Counted from the stretch's first letter, positions 41,250-53,686 are shown. The stretch: DNA of 64,000 nt from Candidatus Xenobia bacterium (GCA_045863235.1 BTUM01000035.1:1-64000); one strand, 5' to 3'. Notes: generated from the letters alone by a model not told the origin. A program made the numbers and translations.

Positions 41250-42792
41250 AGCGACTGCACCACCTTGACCATGGGAAGCAGGGTGGCCAGGGCCACGAAG
41301 GCGGTGGCCACCCCCATGACCAGCATGATGATGGGTTCGAGAGCGGCCATGGCCATCTCCAGGGCGGCCTCCAGCTCCATTTCGTTGAGCTTCGAGAGCC
41401 ACTGCAAGCAGTCGGGCAGCTTGCCCGACTCCTCGCCGGCTCGCATGCAAGCCAAGAAAGTCCCGGGAAAGAAGTCGCTGGCAGCCAGGGCGTCGGTCAC
41501 GTCGCTTCCTTCGCGCAGCGCGGCCGAGCTCGTCTCCAGGGCGTGCACCAGAACCGGTGAGCCGCTGGCCGCCCCGGCCTGGGGCACCGCCTCCAGCACC
41601 GCCAGCCCGACCCGCAACTGGAGCGCCAGCGCCTGCGAGAAGCGGGTCACCGCGATGCGCCGCCAGAGTCCCCCCAGCCCGGGCGCCGCCAGCATGAGGC
41701 GATCGAAGCGGGCGTAGCCGCGTTCGGTTCGTAGAAAGCGGGCCAGGGCCAGCCCGCTCAGCACCGCGCCCACCGCCAGGGCGAGCAACACGCGCCAGTC
41801 GGAGAGAGCATAGAGCACCCTGGTGATGAAGGGCAGCTCACCGCCCGCCAGCTCGAGCATGCGCAGCTGGCCCTTGAGCAGGAAGGGCGGGCCCAGCACC
41901 AGCAAGCTCAGGCACATTGCCAGCAGCAAGGCCGGGTAGGTCAGGGCCGAGCGCAGTCGCAGGGTCAGGGCGCGACGGCGCTCCTCGTGCTCGGAGAGTT
42001 GACGCAGCACCTCGACCATGCCTCCGGTGCGCTCGCCGACCCGGATCAGCTTGAGAGCGAAAGTCGAGAAGCTTGAGCTGGCCGCCTGCATGGCGGCGGA
42101 GAGCTCTTTTCCCCGCTCGACCTCGACACGCATGCGCCGGGCGGCTTCGGTCTGGCTCTCGAGCACCTGGAGGGCGCGGGCCAGGGGAAGACCGGCTCCC
42201 AGCATCACCGACAGCGAGCGCAGGAAGATGACCTGAGTGCGATGGTCGATCGACACCGGCGGACCCAGGGGCACGACCCGGGGCGTCGCCATCGGAGGGG
42301 CAGCCGGGCGGGGCTTCGGGGTCGTGACGAGGGCTGGTCGGGGAGGGGTGAGGATGGGCCAGACCTGGCGCTCGAGGTCGCGAGCAAACGAGGTCAATCG
42401 CACCAGGTCTCCCCGGGAGAAAGCCTGGGGTCGACCGCGGTGGTCGGCGTAGAGCAGGCCCCGAACTCGCTGGGCGTGCAGCAGCGGCACGGACAGCACC
42501 GAGCGAATCCCAGACAGGAGGGCGCTGGCCGCGTCCTTCAGCCCGGGCTCTTGCTGCAGGTCCGAGGTCAGCCAGGGGGTACCCCGGCCGCGTAGTTGCT
42601 CGAGCAGGGTCAGGCTGACCGGTTCGTCGATCCGAAGCTGATCGGGGTTGATCCCGTGGGCGGCCTGAACGGTCAACTGGCCGTTGTCGTCGGGGTCGAA
42701 CAGGATCAGGATGCGCTCGGCCTCCAGGAAGGTGCGCATGGACTCGAGCGCGCTGGCGAAGAGGGTTCTTCGGCCCGAGTCCGTCGCGGCAG

Positions 42793-42796
<4 letters not shown>
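41246..42796 (-). CDS. GAF domain - PilC/GspF (T2SSF) platform protein fusion
   Basis: N-terminal GAF (IRSVLSVPL, RGLLYAD, AFSRGDL); two T2SSF repeats (MLGAGLPL, VGERTG, ALTYP, AGEESGKL, LEP). Confidence 0.85.
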
Positions 42797-44088
<1,292 letters not shown>

Positions 44089-44248
44089 CGAGTTGACCGC
44101 TCCTGTTCGTTGTTGATTACCGTTGAACTGAACCGAGAATTCGCCGACCGACTTTGGGCTCCCTGGCAACTCGATCACAGCGGATCCCGTGAGGGCCTTG
44201 CAGTGAGCGCGCGGCAACCTGCAAGCGGAAGCACGCAGGCTGGGAAAG

Positions 44249-44611
44249 CTATCGCCCCTCGGTCCGCGCTCGAAAGCTTCCTCGCACCTCCAGGGGAGGC
44301 TGTCGATCCAGCACCAGCTCGATGTTTCCCTGGGCCACCCCGTCCTTGAGAGACTGCAGGGTGAGGGTGCCCCGCACCACCTGCGAATCCGTGCCGCCCA
44401 GCTTGATCTGGCCAGACACGCCTGACGCGCTGGACTCGAGCTTGAGGTCGCCAGCCTCCAGGTAGGTCTCGTTCCCCAGTCTTCGGTAGCTGGCCGGGCT
44501 GAAAGTGTGGCTCTCGCCTTCGTGCATGAAGGTGACGAACGTCTCCGGGCCGGGGGAGACGCAACTGGAGCAGAACAAACTGACCAGGAGCAGGACGACA
44601 AGACGAGCCAC
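44249..44611 (-). CDS. putative lipoprotein
   Basis: GAGGAG RBS, GTG start, LVVLLLVSLFCSSC lipobox-like leader. Confidence 0.6.
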   Translation of the reverse strand: MARLVVLLLVSLFCSSCVSPGPETFVTFMHEGESHTFSPASYRRLGNETYLEAGDLKLESSASGVSGQIKLGGTDSQVVRGTLTLQSLKDGVAQGNIELVLDRQPPLEVRGSFRARTEGR

Positions 44612-44669
44612 GGGCTCCTCTTCTCGATCCAGACAGGGTGGTCCCCCCGGAGCGCGAAGGGGCGCCCCC

Positions 44670-47288
44670 ATGCGTCCACGCCTCATCGCCAAATTCGGGG
44701 GCAGCTCACTGGCCAATCCATCTACCTGGAAGCTGGTGCGCAACATCCTGCGCGAGCGCCGGGCCCTGGAGCCCCTGGTGGTGGTCTCGGCTCTGGGAGT
44801 GCTCAAGGAGAAGGGCAAAGTCAGCAAGCTCAAGGTCACCGACCGCCTGCTGCGTCTGGCCGAGCTCAAGAGCTTCAGGGCCGAGCTCGAGTCCCTGCAC
44901 GCCGACCACCGCGAGCTCCTGCTCGGGTTGGAGCTGCCTGGCGAGTTGCTCGACGATGCTTTCGAAGAGCTGGCCCAGGACCTGAAGGACCGCCCTGCCG
45001 GGCCCGAGGGGCTGGACCGCATCGCCGGCTGGGGCGAGCTGCTCTCCTCTCAGGTCATGGCCGCTTACCTGCGCCAGGACGGCTGGAACGCCCGGGCAGC
45101 CTTGCCCGAGGAGCTGGGCATGATCACGGGCGAACAGTTCCAGGACGCCTCGGTGCTGGAGGAGTCGCTCAACAGCATCGCCCAGAAAGTGATCCAGAGC
45201 CGCGAGCTGCTGGTTGTGCCAGGCTTCGTGGGGGTGACCCACGATGGTCGCCGCACCACCCTGGGCCGGGGCGGCTCCGACTATACCGCCGCCGTGCTGG
45301 GGGCCGCCCTCAAGCGCGATGTGGAGATCTGGACCGACGTGGACGGGGTGGCGGCCACCGACCCGGGCGTGGTGGACAAGCCCATCACCGTCAGCGAGCT
45401 CTCCCACGAGGAGGCCTACCAGATGGCCGCCTTCGGATCGCGGGTGCTCTACCAGAAGTGCCTCGCGGCGGCGCGGTTGGCGGCCAAACGCGGGCGCCAC
45501 CTCAAAATGGTGGTCAAGAACACGTTCAACCCCTATCACCCGGGCACGGTGATTGTGGGGCACAGCTCGCCCGACGGCGTCCCCAAAGGGGTCACCGCGC
45601 TGGAGGGAGTGCAGCTCTTGACCGTGTACCTCGACCGAGAGGAGGACTATCGTGGCCTCTGGGCCGACGTGGCCGAGCTGGCCGAGGGCCGCCTCCTCAT
45701 GGCCTCTTACGCCACCGGGCGGGCCAGCTTCGTGTTCGACCGGCTCTCGCCCGGGTTGGAGGAGCTGGAGACCCGCTACTCCCGCTCTCACCTCTCGCGC
45801 GACCAGGTGCTCATCAAGGTTGTCGGGGACGGCATCGGCACAAATCACGGGCTGCTCGCGCGCATCCACCAGTCCATCGACGCCCTGGAGAACCCCGAGA
45901 AGTGGGGTGCGCCGCTGGTGCACAAGAGTCCCCAGCTCCTCACCGACGCCACCTTCGAGTTCGTGGCCCTCAAGCGAGGCGCTCGCGAGCTGATCGTGCG
46001 GCTCTACAAAGACCTTTTCGACCCCGACGCGCTGCGTGTGGGCCTGCTGGGTTTGGGCACGGTGGCCGGAGGAATGCTGCAGTACGCCAGAGAGCTCTAT
46101 TCTCGCGAGAAGACCGGCGTGGACCTGCACTTCCCGGTAGCCGTGGTGCGTAGCCTGGACAAAGCTCGCGCTTTCGAGGGCGAGCTGACTCAGGACCCGG
46201 CGGCCGTGCTCGACAACCGGCAGATCGACGTGGTGGTCGAGCTGATGGGGGGCATCGAGCCGGCTCGCACCCACATCCTGACCGCCCTGCAGAACGGCAA
46301 GCACGTCATCACCGCCAACAAGGCCGTGCTGGCCGAGCACGGGCCCGAGATCTTCGCCGCCGCCCGTCGCTATCGCCGCAACCTGGGCTTCGAGGGCAGC
46401 GTCTGCGGCGAGATTCCGGTCATCGAGATGGTTCAGAAAATGCCCTCCGACCAGGACGTGGAGGCCATCACCGGCATCCTGAACGGCACCTCCAACTACC
46501 TCTTGACCCGCATGGCCGATGGCAGCGACTACGGCGACGCCCTGCGCGAGGCCCAGGAGAGCGGCTTTGCCGAGGCCGACCCCACCCTGGACGTGTCCGG
46601 TGCCGACGCCGCTCAGAAGCTCTCCATCCTGGCCTCGCTGGTGTTCCATACCCCGGTGGCCTGGCGCAGCATCCGCCTGCAGGGCATCGAGAGCATCCGG
46701 GCCGTGGACACGGCCGAGGCCGCCCGGCTGGGTCTCAGCCTGCGTCCCGTGGCCCGCGCCGTGCGCCATCCCGGGGGGCTGGAGCTGTGGGTCGGCCCGG
46801 CCCTGGTCGAGCCAGGCCACAGCCTCTTTGCCGTGCGCCGCGAGACCAACGCCGTTTCGCTGCGCTTGCAGGGCCGCGAAGAGCCCCTGACGCTGGTGGG
46901 CAAGGGCGCGGGGGCTTTGCCCACGGCCCGCTCGGTGGTGCGCGACTTGCTGGAGGTGGCTCGCCGCGAGCGCTTTCGCATGGTGGACATCCCGGCCTTC
47001 CACGAGGGCGCCCCGGTGCCGGTGCTGCCCCACAGCGAGCACGTCTACCCCTGGTGGGTGCGCTTCACCGTGCAGGACCAGCCCGGCGTTTTTGGCGCCA
47101 TCACGGCTGTGTTGGGCTCGCACGGCCTGTCCATCCGCCAGGCCAGCCAGCAGGAGGGACACGACGGCGTGGCTCACATTTTCCTGGCCCTCAAGCCGGC
47201 CCGAAGGGGCTCCCTGGAGGCCGCCCTCGAGCACCTGGGCGCCAATCATGCGGTGGTGGCCACGCTCTGCCTGCCGGTGCTGTCATGA
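44670..47288 (+). CDS. bifunctional aspartate kinase / homoserine dehydrogenase with C-terminal ACT domain
   Basis: AKFGGSS, TTLGRGGSDYTA, WTDVDG; GLLGLGTV, VITANKA, GILNGTSNY, GFAEADPTLDV; DQPGV ACT motif. Confidence 0.92.
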   Translation: MRPRLIAKFGGSSLANPSTWKLVRNILRERRALEPLVVVSALGVLKEKGKVSKLKVTDRLLRLAELKSFRAELESLHADHRELLLGLELPGELLDDAFEELAQDLKDRPAGPEGLDRIAGWGELLSSQVMAAYLRQDGWNARAALPEELGMITGEQFQDASVLEESLNSIAQKVIQSRELLVVPGFVGVTHDGRRTTLGRGGSDYTAAVLGAALKRDVEIWTDVDGVAATDPGVVDKPITVSELSHEEAYQMAAFGSRVLYQKCLAAARLAAKRGRHLKMVVKNTFNPYHPGTVIVGHSSPDGVPKGVTALEGVQLLTVYLDREEDYRGLWADVAELAEGRLLMASYATGRASFVFDRLSPGLEELETRYSRSHLSRDQVLIKVVGDGIGTNHGLLARIHQSIDALENPEKWGAPLVHKSPQLLTDATFEFVALKRGARELIVRLYKDLFDPDALRVGLLGLGTVAGGMLQYARELYSREKTGVDLHFPVAVVRSLDKARAFEGELTQDPAAVLDNRQIDVVVELMGGIEPARTHILTALQNGKHVITANKAVLAEHGPEIFAAARRYRRNLGFEGSVCGEIPVIEMVQKMPSDQDVEAITGILNGTSNYLLTRMADGSDYGDALREAQESGFAEADPTLDVSGADAAQKLSILASLVFHTPVAWRSIRLQGIESIRAVDTAEAARLGLSLRPVARAVRHPGGLELWVGPALVEPGHSLFAVRRETNAVSLRLQGREEPLTLVGKGAGALPTARSVVRDLLEVARRERFRMVDIPAFHEGAPVPVLPHSEHVYPWWVRFTVQDQPGVFGAITAVLGSHGLSIRQASQQEGHDGVAHIFLALKPARRGSLEAALEHLGANHAVVATLCLPVLS

Positions 47289-47686
47289 CCGCTCGCGCCG
47301 AAGATTGGCCTCACCAGCCGCTGGCTCAGCCTTACGAGGAGATCGCCTTTCCGAGGCGCTTTTCGCCAGCAGAGCTGGAGCGAATTGGGAAAGGGCGCGT
47401 TCCGGCCAGGAAGAGCGACAAGTGGTTCATCTACCAGCAAGGCCCCGAGCTCTTCCTTCACCGCAGCGCCAGCGGCGAGTGCGTGTTCCAGCTCGACCTG
47501 GGGGCGGGTCTGGCGCGGGTGGCCGGCCTGGAGGGCTTCACCCCGGAGGATCGGCGGGCCGTTCTGGGCTACCTGATCGACCGGCTGCTCCTCGACAGCA
47601 AGGCCCCGCCGCCCGTCGTGTCGGCCTTCGCCTCGCTGGACAAGGAACGGCTGGAGATGGCCTGGCGCAACCTGGCAGGAGCTTGA
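47285..47686 (+). CDS. hypothetical protein
   Basis: ATGA-coupled 133-aa ORF with a DKWFIY...LHRS motif. Confidence 0.6.
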   Translation: MTARAEDWPHQPLAQPYEEIAFPRRFSPAELERIGKGRVPARKSDKWFIYQQGPELFLHRSASGECVFQLDLGAGLARVAGLEGFTPEDRRAVLGYLIDRLLLDSKAPPPVVSAFASLDKERLEMAWRNLAGA

Positions 47687-47714
47687 GCGTCGGCAGGCTA
47701 AGGAGCTTTCCCCC

Positions 47715-48950
47715 ATGGACAAGTTCCGCAACTGGTTCAAGAAGAAAGAGCTAAAGCCCGAGCTCGAGCAGGCCATGGAGGCCGTCGAAGAGGCGGTCGA
47801 AGCCGAGCACGAAGCCGAGGATGCCGCTCAGAAAGCGGTCGAGGAGCCCCCTCCGGCTGTCGAGGAGAGCGCTGCGGAAGCGGTCGAGGAGGCCTCCACC
47901 GCGGTCAAAGGCAAGAACATCTTCCAGAAGGCCTGGGACAAGACGGTCCAGATCGCGCTCACGCCGGTCGACCCGTTCTTCATCAAGATGGCCCAGGGCC
48001 TGGACAAAACCCGCAAGAACCTGGTGGGCGGCATGGTGGGGCTGTTCCGGCTCCACAAGAAGATCGACGAGGAGTTCTGGGAGGAGTTGCACGACATCCT
48101 CATCTGCGCCGACCTCGGCCCGGTTACCAGCGAGCGCATCATCGAGAGCCTGCGAGCCGTGGTCAAGCAGAAGAAGCTGTCCGAGCCCTCCGAGCTGGTG
48201 GGCGAGCTGAAGGGAGTGCTGGGCCAGATCCTCCAGACCAATGCCGAGGAGCCGGGCATTCCAGCCGCCTCGCGCGAGCTCAACGTCAAGAAGGGTCGCC
48301 TGAACGTGGTGCTGATGGTGGGCGTGAACGGCACCGGCAAGACCACCACCACCGCCAAGCTGGCCAACCTGTTCAAGCAGCAGGGCTTGAAGGTGATGCT
48401 GGTGGCGGCCGACACCTTCCGGGCCGCGGCCATCGAGCAGCTGCAGGTGTGGGGCGAGCGCCTCGACCTGGAAGTGATCCGTCACAAAGAGGGGTCCGAT
48501 CCCTCGGCGGTGGTCTTCGACGCCGTCAGCGCCGCCCGGGCCAGGGGAGCGGACCTGCTGCTGGTGGATACGGCCGGGCGGTTGCACTCCAAGGCCAACT
48601 TGATGGAAGAGCTGAAGAAAATGCGCCGCATCCTGCAGCGCGAGATCGAGGACGCACCCCACGAGGTGCTGCTGGTGCTCGACGCCACCACCGGCCAGAA
48701 TGCTCTCATTCAAGCCCGTGAGTTCATGCAGGCGGTGGACGTGACCGGCCTTGCCCTGTGCAAGCTCGACGGCACCGCCCGGGGTGGCATCGTGGTCTCC
48801 ATCGCCCAGGAGTTCCAGTTGCCGGTCAAGCTGATCGGGGTGGGGGAGGGCATCGAGGATCTCCAGCCGTTCGTGCCCGAGGTCTTCCTGGAGGCGCTGT
48901 TCAGCGAGGCCGGAACGGAGAGTGAGCCACCGGTCGCGCAGGAGGTGTAG
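47715..48950 (+). CDS. ftsY: signal recognition particle receptor FtsY
   Basis: [31 protein letters not shown] and GVGE motifs; acidic N-terminus. Confidence 0.97.
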   Translation: MDKFRNWFKKKELKPELEQAMEAVEEAVEAEHEAEDAAQKAVEEPPPAVEESAAEAVEEASTAVKGKNIFQKAWDKTVQIALTPVDPFFIKMAQGLDKTRKNLVGGMVGLFRLHKKIDEEFWEELHDILICADLGPVTSERIIESLRAVVKQKKLSEPSELVGELKGVLGQILQTNAEEPGIPAASRELNVKKGRLNVVLMVGVNGTGKTTTTAKLANLFKQQGLKVMLVAADTFRAAAIEQLQVWGERLDLEVIRHKEGSDPSAVVFDAVSAARARGADLLLVDTAGRLHSKANLMEELKKMRRILQREIEDAPHEVLLVLDATTGQNALIQAREFMQAVDVTGLALCKLDGTARGGIVVSIAQEFQLPVKLIGVGEGIEDLQPFVPEVFLEALFSEAGTESEPPVAQEV

Positions 48951-48964
48951 GAGTCGCGGCGTCA

Positions 48965-51730
48965 TTGATTCTTCGCAGAATTCTGGTCAGCCTGCTGCTG
49001 GTTCTCTGGCTCGCTCAAGCGGTTGGCTCTCAGACGCTGGACGATCCGGAGCTAAAGACCTCGGTGGCCATTTTGTACCTGCGCCTGGGGAACTACCCTG
49101 AGTGCCAGCGATTGACGCGCGAGTTGGAGGCTGTCGGGGCGAGCACCGATGGTCTGGACCTTTTGACCGGTGAGCTGGCCCTTCGGCCGCTCCTGACTCT
49201 CAACGGACAGGGTCAATACATTCGGCTGCTGCGCGAAGCTCCCGCCCTGATCGAGCGGGCCCGGACTCTCCAACGCCCCGATCGAGAAGCCCAGCTCCGC
49301 TTGCTCGTACTGCACGCCGCATACCAGTCGGGGCACCCCGGCCAGGTGCTCGAGCAGACCGGCCCGCTCCTGGAGCTCACCCGGAACCCGGACTCCACGG
49401 CCGAGAAGTTGCGCCGCTTCACTGTGCTGACCTATGCCCGCCGGTACGCTCACCTGGAGCAGTCTCCCACGCCCGAGCAGTATCGGGGCGACCACGATAA
49501 GGTCTGGGCCCTTTGGAAGGATATCGGGCCCGACCTTGACTATCGACGCCACTCCGTGGCCGAGTGCGAGCTGGCTGCCGCAGCCTGCTTCATCTGGTGG
49601 GATGAAGCGTTCGGAATCCTGACCTACGATCAGGCCTACGACATGCTGTTCGAAGACCTTGAGCGCATCGATCCCGTGCTCTCAATTGCCGATTTTGAGG
49701 CAGAGCTCAAGCGAGGGGCGCCTCTGGCAGACTTGATCCGCTTTCACAACCTGTCTGAGGTGGTCAGTTACTGGCGCTATCTTTTCCTGGTGTTCGATTC
49801 GGTGGCTGCCCGGTTCGGACCTCAGGACGCCTCCCATTTTGCCAGCCAGAACCTTCCGGCCGCCTTCTCGCTCCTGCGTACCGTCGAGCAATCCCCCGAC
49901 ATGAGCTGGCTGGATCCGACCTTGAGCTCGCTCGACCTGGTGACCGGCAAGTTCGCCCGACTCGGGGCCCTGGTCTACCGATGCCAGGCAGGGCAGGACC
50001 TGCTCGCCTCGGCACCCGCCTCCAGGGTGGACGCGAGCCTGGCCCGGGCAGCCGCTTATGCGGCCCGTTCAGGGGACCGGTTTCTGGCCGACGAAACCGA
50101 GCTCGTCGAGGTCGCCATCCAGACCGGCCGGCGCCCCCTCCCGCCCGACCTGGAGGAGCGACTGCGGACCCTGATCGCCCGTTCCGAGGCGACCGGGTCT
50201 TTCTACGTCACTTTGATGGCGAACGTCCAACTCGGGCGCCTGCTCTACGCCCAGGGCACCGGTCGGCGTTGCCTGGAGCCATTCACCCGGGCCATCTCCC
50301 TCTTTGAGCAGCTCTTCGTGCAGGCTCGGCTGGGTCCGACCGCGCACCTGATCTTGAGTCTGTACCGCCCCATCTATGAGGAGAAGGCTCGGATCGAGGT
50401 CGAGCTGGGTCTTCAACACGAGGCCGCCGAGACGCTCGACCGGCTCAAGCAAGTGGGTACAGCCCTGGCTTTTCAAACTCTTCAGCCCAGGGACCCGCGC
50501 TCGCTGGCAGCGCTCCAGCGGGCCGATCAGGCCCGCGAGCAGGCCGAGGAGTTGCGCCAGAGCCTGGCCGTGGCCCCCGAGGCCGAGCGTCCTCAGCTCA
50601 CTCGCCAGTTGGCCCTGACGCGCCAGGATTTCTATGTGGCTCTGGCCGAGATCCAGCGCATCGAGCCCGGTTATCGCAGGCTCCAAGTTCGCCCCAACAC
50701 GTTCTCGCATGTGCAGGCGCGGCTCCCGGATGATACCTTGCTGGTGCAGCTGTTCCCCTCCGAGGGGAAGCTGTACTTGTTCCTGGCCACGCACCAGGAG
50801 CTCAAGATCCGGGCCGTGGATGTTTCCCATCAGCAGATCAACCAGTGGGTAGCGGACTTTCGTCGTTCGGCCCTGCGGCCGAGCAAGAACTGGCTGCAGG
50901 ACCAGGCCCTGTGCCAGACGATGCAGAGCATGAGCCAGGCCCTGCTCGAACCCCTGGAGAGCGATCTGGCCGGCAAGAAGGTGGTCGCGTTCATCCCCAC
51001 AGGCACGCTCTGCTACCTCCCCATGGCCGCCCTGGCCCACTGGCGCGAGGGAGAGCCGACTTTCCTGCTGGAGGACGCTCAGGTGGTTACCCTGATGAAG
51101 GCTTCCGACCTGGACCTTCCTTCCATAAGCCCGCCTGGCAAGCTCTCCCTGTTGGCGCTGGGCGATCCGGACGGCTCCTTGCCCGGCGCCCGCAAGGAGG
51201 TAACCGCCCTCCAGAGTCTGGTTCCGGGAGCCGAGGTGTTCGTGGGGCGCGAGGCGACCGCCGAACGGTTGCAGTCGAGTAAGGCCCGCTACCTGCACCT
51301 GGCCACCCACGGCATGCTGAACAGCCAGAACCCGACTGCCAGCTACCTGCTGCTGGCTCCCGGTGAGAAGCAGGGCTCGGACCGGCTGCTGGTATCGGAC
51401 ATCGCCGGATTGAGACTGGAGAACGTGGCCATGGTGACGCTTTCTGCCTGCCAGACCGCTCTGGCCGAGCGCTCTCCCGAGCCTGGCTCCGACCTGCAGA
51501 GCCTGGCTGACGCCTTCGGGTTCGCGGGTAGCCCCAGCGTGGTGGCCAGCCTCTGGAAGGTGGAGGACGAGCCCACCTGCCAGCTGATGCTCAAGATGTA
51601 TGAAGTCCTGGCTCAGGGCCAGCCGAAGGGCGAGGCGTTGCGCCAGGCGCAACTGGCCTTGCTGCGCCGGCCTGAGACTTCACACCCCTACTTCTGGGCC
51701 GGCTTCATCTTTCTGGGCGACTGGCGCTAG
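48965..51730 (+). CDS. CHAT domain (caspase-like) protein with signal peptide and helical repeats
   Basis: LHLATHG, TLSACQT, VASLWKV and HPYFWAGF motifs. Confidence 0.9.
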   Translation: MILRRILVSLLLVLWLAQAVGSQTLDDPELKTSVAILYLRLGNYPECQRLTRELEAVGASTDGLDLLTGELALRPLLTLNGQGQYIRLLREAPALIERARTLQRPDREAQLRLLVLHAAYQSGHPGQVLEQTGPLLELTRNPDSTAEKLRRFTVLTYARRYAHLEQSPTPEQYRGDHDKVWALWKDIGPDLDYRRHSVAECELAAAACFIWWDEAFGILTYDQAYDMLFEDLERIDPVLSIADFEAELKRGAPLADLIRFHNLSEVVSYWRYLFLVFDSVAARFGPQDASHFASQNLPAAFSLLRTVEQSPDMSWLDPTLSSLDLVTGKFARLGALVYRCQAGQDLLASAPASRVDASLARAAAYAARSGDRFLADETELVEVAIQTGRRPLPPDLEERLRTLIARSEATGSFYVTLMANVQLGRLLYAQGTGRRCLEPFTRAISLFEQLFVQARLGPTAHLILSLYRPIYEEKARIEVELGLQHEAAETLDRLKQVGTALAFQTLQPRDPRSLAALQRADQAREQAEELRQSLAVAPEAERPQLTRQLALTRQDFYVALAEIQRIEPGYRRLQVRPNTFSHVQARLPDDTLLVQLFPSEGKLYLFLATHQELKIRAVDVSHQQINQWVADFRRSALRPSKNWLQDQALCQTMQSMSQALLEPLESDLAGKKVVAFIPTGTLCYLPMAALAHWREGEPTFLLEDAQVVTLMKASDLDLPSISPPGKLSLLALGDPDGSLPGARKEVTALQSLVPGAEVFVGREATAERLQSSKARYLHLATHGMLNSQNPTASYLLLAPGEKQGSDRLLVSDIAGLRLENVAMVTLSACQTALAERSPEPGSDLQSLADAFGFAGSPSVVASLWKVEDEPTCQLMLKMYEVLAQGQPKGEALRQAQLALLRRPETSHPYFWAGFIFLGDWR

Positions 51731-51769
51731 ACTTCGTCGCATTGACCGTGCCACGAAACGTGCGGTGAG

Positions 51770-51867
51770 CTACACTCCCGCGCGTTGACCTGTTCAGAAT
51801 GAGTGTAGACAATCTTGTTGAACGGCGCCCCGCCAATTCCTGAAGTGTTCAACGCGCGGCGCCTTAG
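51770..51867. mobile_element. ~100-bp palindromic MITE/REP-like element, copy 2
   Basis: matches 18864..18969 except for a short internal replacement; its end contains the TAA stop of the adjacent gene. Confidence 0.6.
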
Positions 51868-52766
51868 CGGCTGATGCCGCTCGACTCCAGCGTGCGGGCG
51901 CGCTCCCCCTCTTTTAGCCGGGGATTGAGCGGCAGCGGCTGACCGGTGGCCTCGGCCAGCTGGCTGACGGTGACGAAGCGAAAGCCCTTGGAGCGCAACT
52001 CGGTGATCACGCTGGGCAGCATCGACACGGTGTGCATCGAGCCGTTGTGAAACAGCATGACGCCTTCACGGTTGCGCCCGCGGAAGCTGCCCTCGAGCAG
52101 CTTCTCCGAGTCCTGCACATACCAGTCGCCCGGATTGACGGTGTCGCCCACCACGGTGTAGCCAAGACCCAGGACCTGGCTCATCAGCTCGGGCTCCAGG
52201 CTGCCACCCGCGGGGCGAAAGAGGTGGGGACGGATGCCCAGGACAGCCGCCAGCGAATCTTCGCAGCGCAGCACGTCAGCCGGAAACCGCTCGGGACCGA
52301 GCTCGTGCCCACGCTTGTGCTCGTCGGTGTGGTTGGCCAGCTCGTGACCGTCGGCCGCGATGGCGCGGGCCAGTTCGGGGAACTCGCGCACCCGCACGCC
52401 GTTGACGAAGAAGGTGGCCGTCACCTGGTAGTGTCGCAGCACGTCCAGCAGCAGCGGGGTGTACATCGGGTAGGGTCCATCATCGAAGGTCATGGCGACC
52501 AGCCGCTGGCGGCGTTCTTCGGGAGCTTCCCCGAGCAAGCGTCGGACCATGTCCAGGGGGGCTTTGAGGGCGGCTCGCGCCTCCCGGGTGCCAGGTCGGT
52601 CACCGGGCAGCAGCAGGGGGGACAGGTTCAGCTCGTAATACCGAGGGAACACCTGATAAAAGCTCATGGCCACCAGGGAGAGGAGCACCAGGCTCAAGGC
52701 CAGCGAGCGACCTCTGGGGGCAGGGGGGGCGGTGGTCTCCACCGAACTCTCAGGAGCGGGCTTCAT
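51864..52766 (-). CDS. polysaccharide deacetylase (NodB-like) with N-terminal TM anchor
   Basis: TFDDGP, NHTDEH, FRPAGG and LFHNG motifs; start uncertain. Confidence 0.9.
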   Translation of the reverse strand: MKPAPESSVETTAPPAPRGRSLALSLVLLSLVAMSFYQVFPRYYELNLSPLLLPGDRPGTREARAALKAPLDMVRRLLGEAPEERRQRLVAMTFDDGPYPMYTPLLLDVLRHYQVTATFFVNGVRVREFPELARAIAADGHELANHTDEHKRGHELGPERFPADVLRCEDSLAAVLGIRPHLFRPAGGSLEPELMSQVLGLGYTVVGDTVNPGDWYVQDSEKLLEGSFRGRNREGVMLFHNGSMHTVSMLPSVITELRSKGFRFVTVSQLAEATGQPLPLNPRLKEGERARTLESSGISR

Positions 52767-52928
52767 CGGCCGGGTATATTCCGCAAACACCTGTTCCAGG
52801 TCCTGGTCAATTTCGTTAACAAAACGACAACAGTCTTTTAACAAGCGGTTTACATTTAGACCCTAGTCAGGGCGGGCTTCCTAGAGGATAATAAGGCCAA
52901 GAACGGTTCCAACGACAGGAGGATTTGC

Positions 52929-53672
52929 ATGGCTCTCGGCGGCGCGGTACTCCAGCAACTCAATGCATCGGGAATTACTCCTCCAAGTCGCCAGACGGCT
53001 CCCATCACGAACCGCGACCGCGACAACGAGGTCAATCGCGGAAAGAAGGCGGACGAGGCCGAGGATAACGGAAATCCGTTTGGCTTCAACGATATCAACA
53101 AGCCGGTCGGAGAGCGTCAGGAGAGTCGCCATCAGAAGGCGCGCGACAGTCGCGTCCAGCAGCCCCGCAGCGAGAGCGTTGCCACCCCGCAAGAGACCCA
53201 GACCCGCTCCACCCGCACCGCCGAAGAAGGCACACAGCCGGAAGGCACCGCCAAGTTTGCCAAAGAGCAGAAGTTTGCGCGAGCCTGGTCGCAGGATACC
53301 CGCTGGATGACCCAGACCAAGTTCGACAGCAACCAGGCTTCCCAGCCTCGCCTGTCCGACCTGGGCCAGCGCCGCATGCAGGCCTTCTACCTGACCCAGC
53401 TGGTCAACGACAACTACCAGCAGCACACCGGCGGCAAAGCCGACGAGGCCTACAGCCGGGCTCAGTACCGCCAGATTCTCGGGGCGCTCTCCTCGCTCGG
53501 CGCCAGCACCACCAAGACCACCCGCACCGCCAACGACGGCTCTCGCTCCAGCGAGCCCAACACGGCCGCTTCGCTGGGCCGCAAGATGGGCGATGCCAAC
53601 CGCGTGCAGCAGATTTTCGCGCCCCCGCCCCCGACTCCGGCGGATTACGAACCGCTAGAGCTTGTGGCTTAG
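52929..53672 (+). CDS. hypothetical protein
   Basis: strong AGGAGG RBS, downstream terminator, hydrophilic low-complexity sequence. Confidence 0.7.
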   Translation: MALGGAVLQQLNASGITPPSRQTAPITNRDRDNEVNRGKKADEAEDNGNPFGFNDINKPVGERQESRHQKARDSRVQQPRSESVATPQETQTRSTRTAEEGTQPEGTAKFAKEQKFARAWSQDTRWMTQTKFDSNQASQPRLSDLGQRRMQAFYLTQLVNDNYQQHTGGKADEAYSRAQYRQILGALSSLGASTTKTTRTANDGSRSSEPNTAASLGRKMGDANRVQQIFAPPPPTPADYEPLELVA

Positions 53673-53686
53673 CAGCACACGACCCC

